64,000 nt of DNA from Octopus bimaculoides (lineage: Eukaryota): the NCBI RefSeq assembly GCF_001194135.2, contig NC_068991.1:65495382-65559381 (forward strand), read 5' to 3'. Shown one piece after another: positions 51,171 to 63,399 of the stretch. Made by a program: the position numbers and the translations under genes. Positions within the stretch are counted from its first letter, which is position 1. Every line of letters begins with the position of its first letter. The notes under the pieces were generated by a model. The model was not told the DNA's origin. It worked only from the letters and a program-made list of their open reading frames with translations, and searched no databases.

Positions 51171-54100
51171 NNNNNNNNNNNNNNNNNNNNNNNNNNNNNN
51201 NNNNNNNNNNNNNNNNNNNNNNNNNNNNNNNNNNNNNNNNNNNNNNNNNNNNNNNNNNNNNNNNNNNNNNNNNNNNNNNNNNNNNNNNNNNNNNNNNNNN
51301 NNNNNNNNNNNNNNNNNNNNNNNNNNNNNNNNNNNNNNNNNNNNNNNNNNNNNNNNNNNNNNNNNNNNNNNNNNNNNNNNNNNNNNNNNNNNNNNNNNNN
51401 NNNNNNNNNNNNNNNNNNNNNNNNNNNNNNNNNNNNNNNNNNNNNNNNNNNTTCTACAGCTGGATGCCCTTCCTAACGCCAACCACCCAGAGAGTGTAGT
51501 AGGTGCTTTTACGTGTCACCTGCACGAAGGCCAGTCAGGTGATACTGGCAATGGCCACGCTCGAAATGGTGTCTTTTATGTGCCACCCGCACAAGCCAGT
51601 CCAGGGGCACTGGCAACGATCTCGCTTGAAAATCCTACGGAAGCCAGTCAGGCGGTACTGGCAACGGCCACGCTCAAAATGGTGCATCTTATGTGCCACC
51701 CGCACAAGAGCCAGTCCAGGGGCACTGGCAACGATCTTACTTGGCTTAGCCAAACTGGTGCATCATGGGAAAATACTTTGAAAGTAATGCGCCCCTTAAA
51801 TGTGAATACGAAAGGAACAAAACAAGTTTCATGTAAACTGGACCAGTAGCTATTGAGATATTCGTGGTTTTGGGGTATAAATAATCAAAATGGTGCATAA
51901 TGGGAAAATACTTCAAAAAATAACTTTAGCCTGAAAGGGAAGAAACACTAACCTTTCCATTAGACACACTATGATAGGCAGAATATTGTAAAGTGAAGAT
52001 GACTTTATTTCGTAAAAGACCTGTTCATAATCTTAGTGTGAAACTCAGAACCACTTGGTTGGGAAGTAAACTTCTAACTACACAGCCACACCAGCACCCA
52101 TATATATATACATATGTATATGTATATGTATATGTATATGCATATATTATCACCATCATCATTTAATGTCTGTCTTCCCATGCATACATGGGTAGGACTG
52201 TTGACAGGGACTGGCCTTATAGAAGATTACCCCAGGCTACTGTGTCTGTTTTGGCAGGGTTTTTACATTCCATCTACCAAAATTCATTCCCATGGCATGA
52301 TGCTGCAGTAGAAGACACCTGCCCAAGGTGTTGCACTATGGAGTTGAACCCAGCAACATGTGATTACAGAGCAAGTTACTTTAACCTCATGGTCACACTC
52401 GAGGCTGGTGGTGGTGGTGGTGGTGGTGGTGGTAAATGTGGTGTGTTGGTGATGGTTATTAAGAAGTGTCATTTCTTGATAGAGTCACAGCCTATGGTGA
52501 AACAAAAGGGTAAGCATGAAGCTGTATTATGTAAAATTACAGTAAATGGTTGGTGTTTGGTGGGGAGTGATTAAAACATTAATTTGTTTTTGCTTACTAT
52601 GGTAGGTATGACTGGGCTCTTTGTAACATTAGACCAGTAGTTATGTCAATAAAACTTATTTAAACAACTGACAATAAAGAAATCATACAATTGCTGCACA
52701 GTCAATAAAGCTTAGTGAGAGGAAAGTCGGAGAAGTGAAGGCAATTATTGACGATCACTAATATTATATTGACACAGCCACTGTATTTATGGGTGTGTGG
52801 GCAAGAAGTTTGCTTCCTGGTCAGGAGGTCATGGGTTCAGTCCTGCCGTGTGGCACCTTAGGTAAGTGTCTTCTACTATAACCACAGACCAACCTTGTGA
52901 GTGAATTTGTGTTGTGTTGTGTGTGTGTGTGTGAGTGAGTGAGTGAATGAGTATGTGTGTGCCCTTGTCTTTACATTATGTAATGGTCATAAATGAATAT
53001 ATCCATCTTGGAAACAGGTGAGGGTTTGCAACAGAAAGGGCATCCAGCTGTAGAAAAATTTGCCTCAACAAATTTTGTCCGATGCATACAAGCATGGAAT
53101 AGTGGACTTTAAATGATGATGAGGATGATGATGATGATGATAATGATGATGATGAAGATGATGATGATGTGGATGATGATGATGACAGCTCCTCTACATT
53201 TGTGGGTGCATGGATGAGAAGTTTTCTTTACTATCCTGTGGTTTCAGGTTTCAGCCCATTCATCATCATCATCATCCTTGTCTAATGTCCGCTTTCAATG
53301 CTGGCACGGATGGGACAGTTTGCCAGGAGCTGGCCAGACAGGAGCCTGCACTAAACTTCTGTAACTGTTTTGGCAGGATTTTTACTGCTGGATGCCCTTC
53401 CTAACATCAAACACTCAGCTGAGTGGACTTAGTGCTTTTTATGTGGCACAAGCACAGTTGGTCACACCCCATTAAAACAAAATAGGAAACCTTCACAGCA
53501 ACACCCCTGTTTCTGTCTTCATTTCCTCTCTCCCTCTCTCTCACTCTCTCTTTCTCTCTCCCTCTCTCTCACTCTCTCTTTCTCTCTCCCTCTCTCTCTT
53601 TCTCTCATCCCTTCTCTCTCCCCTCTCTCTCTTTCTCTCTCTCCCTCTCTCTTTCTTTCTTTCGTTCCAGGTTCAATCCCACTGCCTGGCACCTTGGACA
53701 AGTGTCTTCTGCTATTGCCTTGGGCCAACCAAAGCCTTGTGAGTGGTTTTGGTAGACGGAAACTGAAAGAAGCCTGCTGTATATATGTGTGTAGGTGTGC
53801 AGGTGTGTGTGTGTGTGTGTGTGTATTTGTCCCACCACCACCACTTGAAAACTAGTGCCAATGTGTTTACATCCCTATAATTTTGAGGCTNNNNNNNNNN
53901 NNNNNNNNNNNNNNNNNNNNNNNNNNNNNNNNNNNNNNNNNNNNNNNNNNNNNNNNNNNNNNNNNNNNNNNNNNNNNNNNNNNNNNNNNNNNNNNNNNNN
54001 NNNNNNNNNNNNNNNNNNNNNNNNNNNNNNNNNNNNNNNNNNNNNNNNNNNNNNNNNNNNNNNNNNNNNNNNNNNNNNNNNNNNNNNNNNNNNNNNNNNN

Positions 54101-55238
54101 NNNNNNNNNNNNNNNNNNNNNNNNNNNNNNNNNNNNNNNNNNNNNNNNNNNNNNNNNNNNNNNNNNNNNNNNNNNNNNNNNNNNNNNNNNNNNNNNNNNN
54201 NNNNNNNNNNNNNNNNNNNNNNNNNNNNNNNNNNNNNNNNNNNNNNNNNNNNNNNNNNNNNNNNNNNNNNNNNNNNNNNNNNNNNNNNNNNNNNNNNNNN
54301 NNNNNNNNNNNNNNNNNNNNNNNNNNNNNNNNNNNNNNNNNNNNNNNNNNNNNNNNNNNNNNNNNNNNNNNNNNNNNNNNNNNNNNNNNNNNNNNNNNNN
54401 NNNNNNNNNNNNNNNNNNNNNNNNNNNNNNNNNNNNNNNNNNNNNNNNNNNNNNNNNNNNNNNNNNNNNNNNNNNNNNNNNNNNNNNNNNNNNNNNNNNN
54501 NNNCACTGGTTCTCTGTATCTTTGATTGTAAGAGTAACAAAGAAATATCTGTAAGTTGGTTTCTTTTATCATTTACCTTTTAATTGTTTCAGTCGTAGGA
54601 CTGTGACCATGCTGGGACCATAGGCTTGGGAACAGGGGTGCAGGAGTACCAAGTGCATCCCCTAACATTTTTGGTGTGCTTTGAACATCCATCCTGAAAA
54701 ACTGGGTTTGCACCCCCTAAACAAATTTTGTTCCCTTATTTTTTTAAGTCTGGTACTTACTCTGGTTGTCTCTTTTGCCACACTGCCCAGTTACAGGGAT
54801 GTAGACAAACCAATACCAGTTATAAAGCATTGGAGGTTGGGATAAACACATACATACATACATACATACATGATGGCCGTCCACTCGTGACCGAGGAAGA
54901 CCATTGCCGACCTTCAGGAACATTCTGCGCTCTAGGACTAACTTACATTTAGCATTTACGGCTCCGTAAATACATACATACATACATACATACATACATG
55001 CATACATACATACATACATACATACCTACATATGTGACAGACTCTCCCATTGTAGACAACATGAGTAGATTTTCCTTGGAGGTATTTGGATATTCCTCAG
55101 GGAGTACAGTAGAAGTTGTCTCTCCATTGCAAACTGTTGGTTAGATGTTTGTGAATGGCTTGCAACAGAATCTAGAGCAATTGTATGAGTGAGTGGACAA
55201 ACGAAAGAAGGGCACTCAACCAATTTATTGGGAGTTAC

Positions 55239-55396
55239 ATATATGGATCAAAACAGTTTGATTCAAATTCGTTGGTACTCTTGAGTTTCAAGTGCGATGA
55301 TAGTCGTCAGTCATTTTGGGCTGGCTGATGACTAGCATCATGCTTGAAACTCAAGAGTACCAACGAATTTGAATCAAACTGTCTTGATCCATATAT
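55239..55396. mobile_element. Fold-back element (~75-bp inverted arms) with a minimal hammerhead-ribozyme core in each arm; probably Penelope pLTR-derived
   Basis: Plus arm: TGG-CTGATGA-ctAGCAtcaTGCTt-GAA-ACTC-AA-GAGT-A-CCA. Minus arm: CTGACGA...GAAACTCAAGAGTACCA. TA-repeat flanks. Confidence 0.65.
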
Positions 55397-55468
55397 ATAT
55401 ATATATATATATGGGAGAATGTACGAAAAAACAACAACAGACGAGGACAGGTGGTGTAAATAACAAAA

Positions 55469-55900
55469 GGATATCTTGGAAATGTGTGGCATATTCTGTA
55501 TAGAGGCTTTCTTAATCAAGTTTCAGAAGTGATGCTGTAGACACATCCTTTGTGTGAATAATGGTCAAATACCAAAACAAATCTTTTATGGTCAGCTTGT
55601 AAATTTATGATGTAATGTAGGCCAGCCACTTCTACAGTATAAGAACAATTTAAAACATAATTTGAAACACCAGAGTACTAGAAAAGAAAATTTTCAGAAT
55701 CTTGAGAGAAACCATACAAACTGGAGGAGAGAGTGCTTTTTCCGGCTTCAAAATTTCAAAATCCAAAGGGTACAACATGAAGAAGAGTTACAGGAAAATA
55801 AGAAAAGAAATGAACAAAATAATCTTCCCACAAACCACCATTGTGATTTCTCAGATAGATCACATGCTGGTTTAATAAGTCATGCTCATGTTCATATCCA
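55469..55900 (+). pseudogene. Decayed RTE LINE 3' ORF fragment
   Basis: ILEMCGIFCIEAFLIK...GHI...IPKQIFYGQL...GQPLLQYKNNLKHNLK...WRR...CDFSDRSHAGLISH. Confidence 0.72.
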
Positions 55901-56106
55901 TATTGCTTTTGGTGGCCTGGGGACTCACATGAGGAGTCATCAGGTGAAGTGAATGAATTGTAAACATTGGTGAATGGTAGTAATAGTAATGTGTGTTGTT
56001 GATTGTCTATTTGGCTGGACTTTCTTTTTCTGTCTTTTCACTGAACACTCATATGTTGCCTATGATGGGAGAGTCTGTCACATATGTATGTATGTATGTA
56101 TGTGTT

Positions 56107-56496
56107 GTGGAGGTGCAATGGCCCAGTGGTTAGGGCAGCGGACTCGCGGTCATAGGATTGCGGTTTTGATTCCCAAAACGGGTGTTGTGAGTGTTTATTG
56201 AGCGAAAACACCTAAAAGCTCCACGAGGCTCCGGCAGGGGATGGTGACAAACCCTGCTGTACTCTTCTACCACAACTTTCTCTCACTCTTTCTTCCTGTT
56301 TCTGTTGTGCCTGTAATTCAAAGGGCCAGCCTTGTCACACTGTGTCACGCTGAATCTCCCTGAGAACTACGTTAAGGGTACACGTGTCTGTGGAGTGCTC
56401 AGCCACTTGCACGTTAATTTCACGAGCAGGCTGTTCCGTTGATCGGATCAACTAGAACCCTCGACGTCATATGCGACGGAGTGCAAACAACAACAA
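56107..56496 (+). mobile_element. SINE family C, full length with (CAA)n tail
   Basis: tRNA-like head with A/B boxes, body and tail intact. Confidence 0.9.
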
Positions 56497-57136
56497 TGTA
56501 TGTGTGTATGTATGTATGTGTTTATCCCAACCTCCAGTGCTTTATAACTGGTATTGGTTTGTCTACATCCCTGTAACCAGGCAGTGTGGCAAATGAGACA
56601 ACCAGAGTAAGTACCAGACTTAAAAAAATAAGGGAACAAAATTTGTTTAGGGGGTGCAAACCCAGTTTTTCAGGAGGATGTTCAAAGCAAACCAAAACTG
56701 TTAGGGGATGCACTTGGTACTCCTGCACCCCTGTTCCCAAGCCTATGGTCCCAGTATGGCCACAGTCCTAAGACTGAAACAATTAAAAGGTAAATGATAA
56801 AAGAAACCAACTTACAGATATTTCTTTGTTACTCTTACAATCAAATAGGATAAAATCTTTATAAGAATTTATCAAGTAGTTTGACTTTTAGAGTCCCTCC
56901 TAGCATGAGACATTCATGTATAGTAATGCCCTTAATATAAATAAATTATATATNNNNNNNNNNNNNNNNNNNNNNNNNNNNNNNNNNNNNNNNNNNTATA
57001 TATAAGTGGATTTGGCAAGCCACATGCATGAATGTACACGTGTATGTATGCATGTGTATATGCATGTATGTATAGATATGTACGTATGTATGTATGCGTG
57101 TGTATATGCATGTATGTATAGATATATATGCATGTG

Positions 57137-57172
<36 letters not shown>

Positions 57173-58989
57173 CACACATGCATATATATCTATACATACA
57201 TGCATATACACACGCATACACACATATCTATACATACATGCATATACACATGCATACATACATACACGTGTACATTCATGCATGCTGACATGCATGTGGC
57301 TTGCCAAATCCACTTACAAAGTTTTGGTAGGTGCAGAACTATAGTTAAAGACACTTTCCCAAAGTTTTACTATTGGTTTTCTAAGAATATGGTAGAATGT
57401 TTTTGAAAATTTAGACATTTGTATATTGTTAGATTAATTTTTAAAAAATTTTATTTTGTGTGGTCATTTAATATCTCTCACAATATTCTTTTATTATTTT
57501 AGTAGTCTACTAGTTAATCCGTCTTGTTATTGGTTAGTCAACAGGTCAGTACTGATTGAACAGACTGATGCACAGAGACAGTCCAATCATGATAATCCAG
57601 CCTTCTTTCAGGCATAGTGTATCTAAGACTACATTATCAAATGTCTTTCTGGCACCTGCGCCAGTGGAGCACTAACACCACTGTCCGAGCGTGTTCATTG
57701 CCAGAGCAGCTGTCTGGTTTCCATGCTAGTGGCCTGTAAATAGCGCCATTTGAGCGTAATCGGTATGAGCATCGCCTTCTAGCACTTGTGCTGGTGGCAC
57801 GTTAGAATATCATTTGAGTGAGGTCGTTGCCAGTGCCGCTGGACTGGCTCCCATGCAGGTGGCACATAAAAAACACCTTTTTGAGCATGGCCGTTGCCAG
57901 TACCGTGTGACTGGCCCTCATGCCGGTGGCACGTAAAAGCACCCACTATACTCTTGGAATGGTTGGCGTTAGGAAGGGCATCCAACTGTAGAAACTCTGC
58001 CAGATCAGATTGGAGCCTGGTGAAGCCTTCTGGCTCGCCAGTCCTCAGTCAAACCGTCCAACCCATGCTAGCATGGAAAGTGGACGTTAAACAATAATGA
58101 GGATGATGATGATGATTTCCTTAACACAGTAGTTCTTCAGTTTGTTTCAGCCATCACAGGATAGACTAAAGCATCATCTTCAAATAGGAGTGCAGTTGTT
58201 AGAAAATTGAGTGAACAGTATGTATAGGGTGTTTTTCCGTGCCAGCAGCTTACAGGGCTACAAACTCCAAGTGGGGATCACTCTATTGCAAGCGTTCAGG
58301 CCAGATCCCTGGTTTTTGGATAGCTTCCTCTCTTGCTTCCATCAGCCTGGGTGGCCTTGAAAAAATAAAGGTCATGGGCACTGCTCTTCTTTTCATGACT
58401 AACTAGTAAAAAACAAACAAACAACTAATTCTTTGATATTTTGCCATTTAGGTTGATTATTTGTATGAATGACACCTTTATGCTTTATTCATATACCTTA
58501 TATCCTAAAAGATGGTATTGTGATTTGGCAACGAATCGTAACTCTGATAGAAGCAGATAAGAATGATAGAAGAAAACCAAAGAAAGATGAAGATGTGGTC
58601 AGGTGATAATTAAGCTCTGTGAGACTTGTAGATGGCATATGATGGCATAATTGAGATACAGGAAGAATATTATATTGCAGACCTACCCAAATTATGCCAA
58701 TGTGATAATAAAAACTCAATGGTTATCAAAATGCTCTAAATTAAAATAATTATTAAACCATAATATGTTACCATAAATAATAAATCTATGTTGAAGCAAT
58801 CCCTAAAGTTGTAACATTATACACTAAATTTGTATATTGAGTTCTTGATTTTTTTTTTTTTTTCACTCAAATAAGCTTTACTCAAAGAAAGCTCAAAATG
58901 TAAGAATCAACTTGCTATGCAGTAGTTTTCAACTGACCGTTTTCGAAGTTTGTCTTTCAGAAATATTCCAGCACTTCTGTTCACCTTAC

Positions 58990-60307
58990 ACTGTCCAGCA
59001 TGATATATAAGCCACGTACGATAATAATGAGATATTTATAAGTGCCGTTTTCGAATGGTACTGCAGAGAAAAGATTTATTTCTTCCTAGTGAATACGCCT
59101 AGCTGTTGTTTGAAACCATTCCGTTAAGTAAAACACCTGGAGATAGCAGTAATTGCGAGCTGGCGGTCCCAGATGAAGACCTAGGAATAACTCGGAAATA
59201 TCGATTTTTAACATGAATAGCGCAAAAATATTGATAGTCAAAAGTGAAATGAGATTACGTAAATTTGAAGTTTTGAATTGTTTCACAGTTGTTATTTTAA
59301 GAATAACTGATCGTCTATCAATGTTTCCACTGAACTCTTGAAATATGCTTTCAAAAAAACTCCACAGAATCCTCAATGCCATCCAGATATTTTATGAAAA
59401 GATTGATGTAGATGGTGAATGGTGCGGAGCTCTTGAAAGATGCATTGAGGTCGTCGTCAGTCAGTAAATACAGCTGTGACCAGCAGGGAGGTCATTGTGG
59501 TGAGGGTTGGTCGGTCGATGACAGAGTGATTATTATTGCCGGGAAAAAATGTAAACAAAATGAGCGAGATTGAATCTAAAGCTGTAACACGAAATGTAAA
59601 GTGGTGTTCCGATGTTAAGCAACCGCAGTTAGTTTAATATAGCATGCCAAAATGTTGACAGTTGCAACAAGAAATATTACACAACGTGTATATGTTGGGC
59701 AAAGAAAGGATCTGATATATTGTGATTATTGATATTGGAGCGGTTCATTTACCGGTTAGAACTTAAATACCCCATCAATTCAAAATTGAATGGAAGAACG
59801 AGTGCAGGGGGGAAGATATAGTGAAAGGAACCACGAGCTGGACTTGCGTTATCGTTGGAATTATGAGTGGATGCGTCTTGTGCGACGTGTCTTTGCAACA
59901 AAACAAATGACAAAATGCATAAAAGAAAAAAATACGGAATGGTTGCGCGCTTACCTTGGCTAAAATCTGCCAACGTTGCATGGCAACGGCCCCGTTGATA
60001 ATTCCGTCGTTTTGAGTTGGCTTTTTCGTCTTGTTGTCTCCAGTTGATTGGACATGATGTGGATGTTGCAGTTGTGCAACTGTAGCAGAAGGCACTTGGC
60101 TTACTATCGCCGTTTCTTCTTTGCCACTGTCCGTGTCGGAGTGTATTCTTGTGGGCTCCATGGTTTGAATACAGAACTGCTAAACCAGAGATCACGCTCT
60201 GTCGACTCCTTGCTCCTCCCCTGCCGAACTGTAACCACCAAAACCTTGCACAACGACCATAGAGATAATAAGTAAACGCGCACACGCACATGCACTAGAG
60301 TCGTCGC

Positions 60308-60370
<63 letters not shown>

Positions 60371-60520
60371 CGTGTGTATGTGTGTATGTGTATGTGTGTG
60401 TATATATATAGCGTTGATATGTGCGTTTGTATTGCCTTGTATTGTTAGTATAATAAATGAACAGAGCGTAGATTTATGATGTAGTACATGTGTCTGCTTG
60501 CATTAACGTGTGTACAATGT
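58990..60520 (-). promoter_or_regulatory. CpG-retaining region around exon 1 (probable promoter/5' region)
   Basis: Visibly more CG dinucleotides and few SINEs compared with the rest of the intron; not quantified. Confidence 0.5.
59955..60161 (-). CDS. CAMKMT: CAMKMT-like gene, coding exon 1 (69 codons, MEPTRIHSD...AVAMQRWQILAK)
   Basis: ATG at 60161. The exon ends at a strong donor AAG|GTAAGC (phase 0). RWQILAK resembles the N-terminal RWKLLRQ helix of vertebrate CAMKMT (recalled). It splices in frame to exon 425-247 and lies in a CpG-retaining region. Confidence 0.82.
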
Positions 60521-61559
60521 GGTCGCTAAGGAGCCTTTAGTAGTTGTAATCACATTTGTTTTTCTTGCTAATTCTTATCTCTCTTTTCTTCTTTCTCTCT
60601 CTCTCTCACCATTATCGCTTATTCTCTTCAACACTCCCCTCTGCTTGTCCGTTTCCATTTCTCTATCTCTCTCTTCCTGTTCATCTTGCCTTAATCCTTC
60701 TGATTTTCCCCCCGCCCACCCCGCTTTTTATTTTAATCCACTTGTGTAGAAATAATTAATTAATTAAATAAATAAACAAATAATCCAATAATCAATCAAT
60801 CAGAAAGAAAACAGGTGAAATGTGTGACTGTAAATTTGTTTATGAGAGGAAGGAGAGAAAGTTTTAGAGAAAGAAATACAACAAAAAACACTTAGTTGTT
60901 GCTCTGAAGAAGGAAGCTTGATAATAAGAGAGAAGGAGGTGATGAGAGAAAGAAGGGGAGGGAAAGACTGTAAGAATTAGTGAGGATGGNNNNNNNNNNN
61001 NNNNNNNNNNNNNNNNNNNNNNNNNNNNNNNNNNNNNNNNNNNNNNNNNNNNNNNNNNNNNNNNNNNNNNNNNNNNAAGAGTGGTGGCGGGAGTGAAAAG
61101 AGGAAAAGAAAAAGCAGGAGAGGAAAGAAGGGTGAGAGTGAGTGTCGTAGTGTGAATAAGGAGTGAGAGGGATGCATTGAGAAACATGCAGAGAGAGAGA
61201 GAGATGAGGAGAAAGAGAAAGAAGTGAGCCAATGGAAGAGGAAGACGATGAAGGGGAAAAGAGAGAGGGATGGGCTTATTGCAGCAGTAAAGAGAGCAAG
61301 TTATTAAATAGAAGACAGAGAGAGGGGAGAGAGGGGAGAGGGGGGAGAGAGAGAAGCTTGTGTATTAGAAGAAAGAAAGAGAAAGACTATATAGAAAGAG
61401 AAGAAGAAGAAGGTGAGAAAATGAGATTGCCGGTGATTCCAAACTGTTGAAGAGACCAACCTACCGATGTAAGCCGGCGTTTTAATTGTTCTTGTTGCTG
61501 TTATTAGTAAAATAGATGAAGATTACAGACGCATCAACGGTTTAAGCCGTACTCACTTG

Positions 61560-61591
<32 letters not shown>

Positions 61592-61870
61592 TTATTTCTA
61601 TCTGTCTATCTTTCTCCCTTTGCAGTAGTCTCCATCGTTACTTTCACTCCGTCTCTCTCTCTCTTGTTCTCACTCCTTACTCTTTCACTTATTCCATCTC
61701 TCTTTTTCTCTGTTCACGTTTTAATCTCTCCATCGATGTGGTTGATTCTCCCTGTCTTTCTTTTCCTGTTGTTCTACTCTCTTCCCCGCTCCCTCTCTGT
61801 CTCTGTTCTTATGACTTTCTTCTCCCGCAGCATCACTATAACACTCTGTTTATCAATTTCGCATTTCGCT

Positions 61871-61908
<38 letters not shown>

Positions 61909-61996
61909 GCTATCAACCAATCTATCTATCTATCCATCTATCTATCTATCTATCTATCTATCTACCTATCCATCTATCTATCTATCTATCTATCTA

Positions 61997-62033
<37 letters not shown>

Positions 62034-62631
62034 GCGTGCATCTGAATATCCCTTTATTCTTTCCTTCATGCTCGGCTATATCTATCGTCATGAAGTCACA
62101 TTCATTATATCACTTCCTCAAACACAATTTCTTTCACTCTCTTTCTCTCTCTTTCTTTTCTCTCCTTCCCGTCTTTCTCCCATCTATCAATCTATCCCTC
62201 CATCCCTTTACCCCCCTCTATATCACTTCCCCTTATACCCTCCACACTTCCACCCCCACACCTTCTTTTACACTATTCGACCTTCTCGCTCGCTCCTCTC
62301 TATTATATCTTTTCACCGATACCTCTACGCACACTTCACTCTTTTCTCTTCCCCTCTCCCCACTCTTACTGTTTCATACTCTTTCTTTCTCTCCTCTCAC
62401 TCTCTCTCTCTCCCTTTCTCACACACTTTACCACTCCCTCCCCCCAGCTCTAAACTCTGACAGAAAGAGGCCAGTAGGTAGTAAAGTGGAGGAGGGGGTA
62501 GCGGAGAATATGACTTCGTTGCGATTTCAATTATTGATCTTATTAAGTCATATTGCGCGCGCGTACACACACAGGTGCATACACACATGCGTACATACAT
62601 ACACACATGCGTACATACATACACACATGCG

Positions 62632-62663
<32 letters not shown>

Positions 62664-62848
62664 CGAACACATGCATCCCGCGTTGCACAACTGATTTATA
62701 TTCACACACCTCCAGAGCCAACCGGTCGATGAGTCATCGTCCACTAATATTTTGGAAGTATAATATGCACACACACACACACACACACACGCACACAAAG
62801 AGGCATACACTAATTGTGAATGGATGATGGTTTAGATGATGATGGTGA

Positions 62849-62882
<34 letters not shown>

Positions 62883-63265
62883 GGTGGTGGTGGTGGTGGT
62901 NNNNNNNNNNNNNNNNNNNNNNNNNNNNNNNNNNNNNNNNNNNNNNNNNNNNNNNNNNNNNNNNNNNNNNNNNNNNNNNNNNNNNNNNNNNNNNNNNNNN
63001 NNNNNNNNNNNNNNNNNNNNNNNNNNNNNNNNNNNNNNNNNNNNNNNNNNNNNNNNNNNNNNNNNNNNNNNNNNNNNNNNNNNNNNNNNNNNNNNNNNNN
63101 NNNNNNNNNNNNNNNNNNNNNNNNNNNNNNNNNNNNNNNNNNNNNNNNNNNNNNNNNNNNNNNNNNNNNNNNNNNNNNNNNNNNNNNNNNNNNNNNNNNN
63201 NNNNNNNNNNNNNNNNNNNNNNNNNNNNNNNNNNNNNNNNNNNNNNNNNNNNNNNNNNNNNNNNN

Positions 63266-63336
<71 letters not shown>

Positions 63337-63399
63337 ATGCACGCACGCATACATCACATACATACATATACATACATATATATACATACATCATCCTAT

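Larger units (their letters stand above)
426..59954 (-). other. GT-AG intron 1 of CAMKMT-like gene (~59.5 kb including N gaps)
   Basis: GT at 59954-59953 and AG at 427-426. Phase-compatible flanking exons; no convincing intervening minus-strand coding exon seen. Confidence 0.72.
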
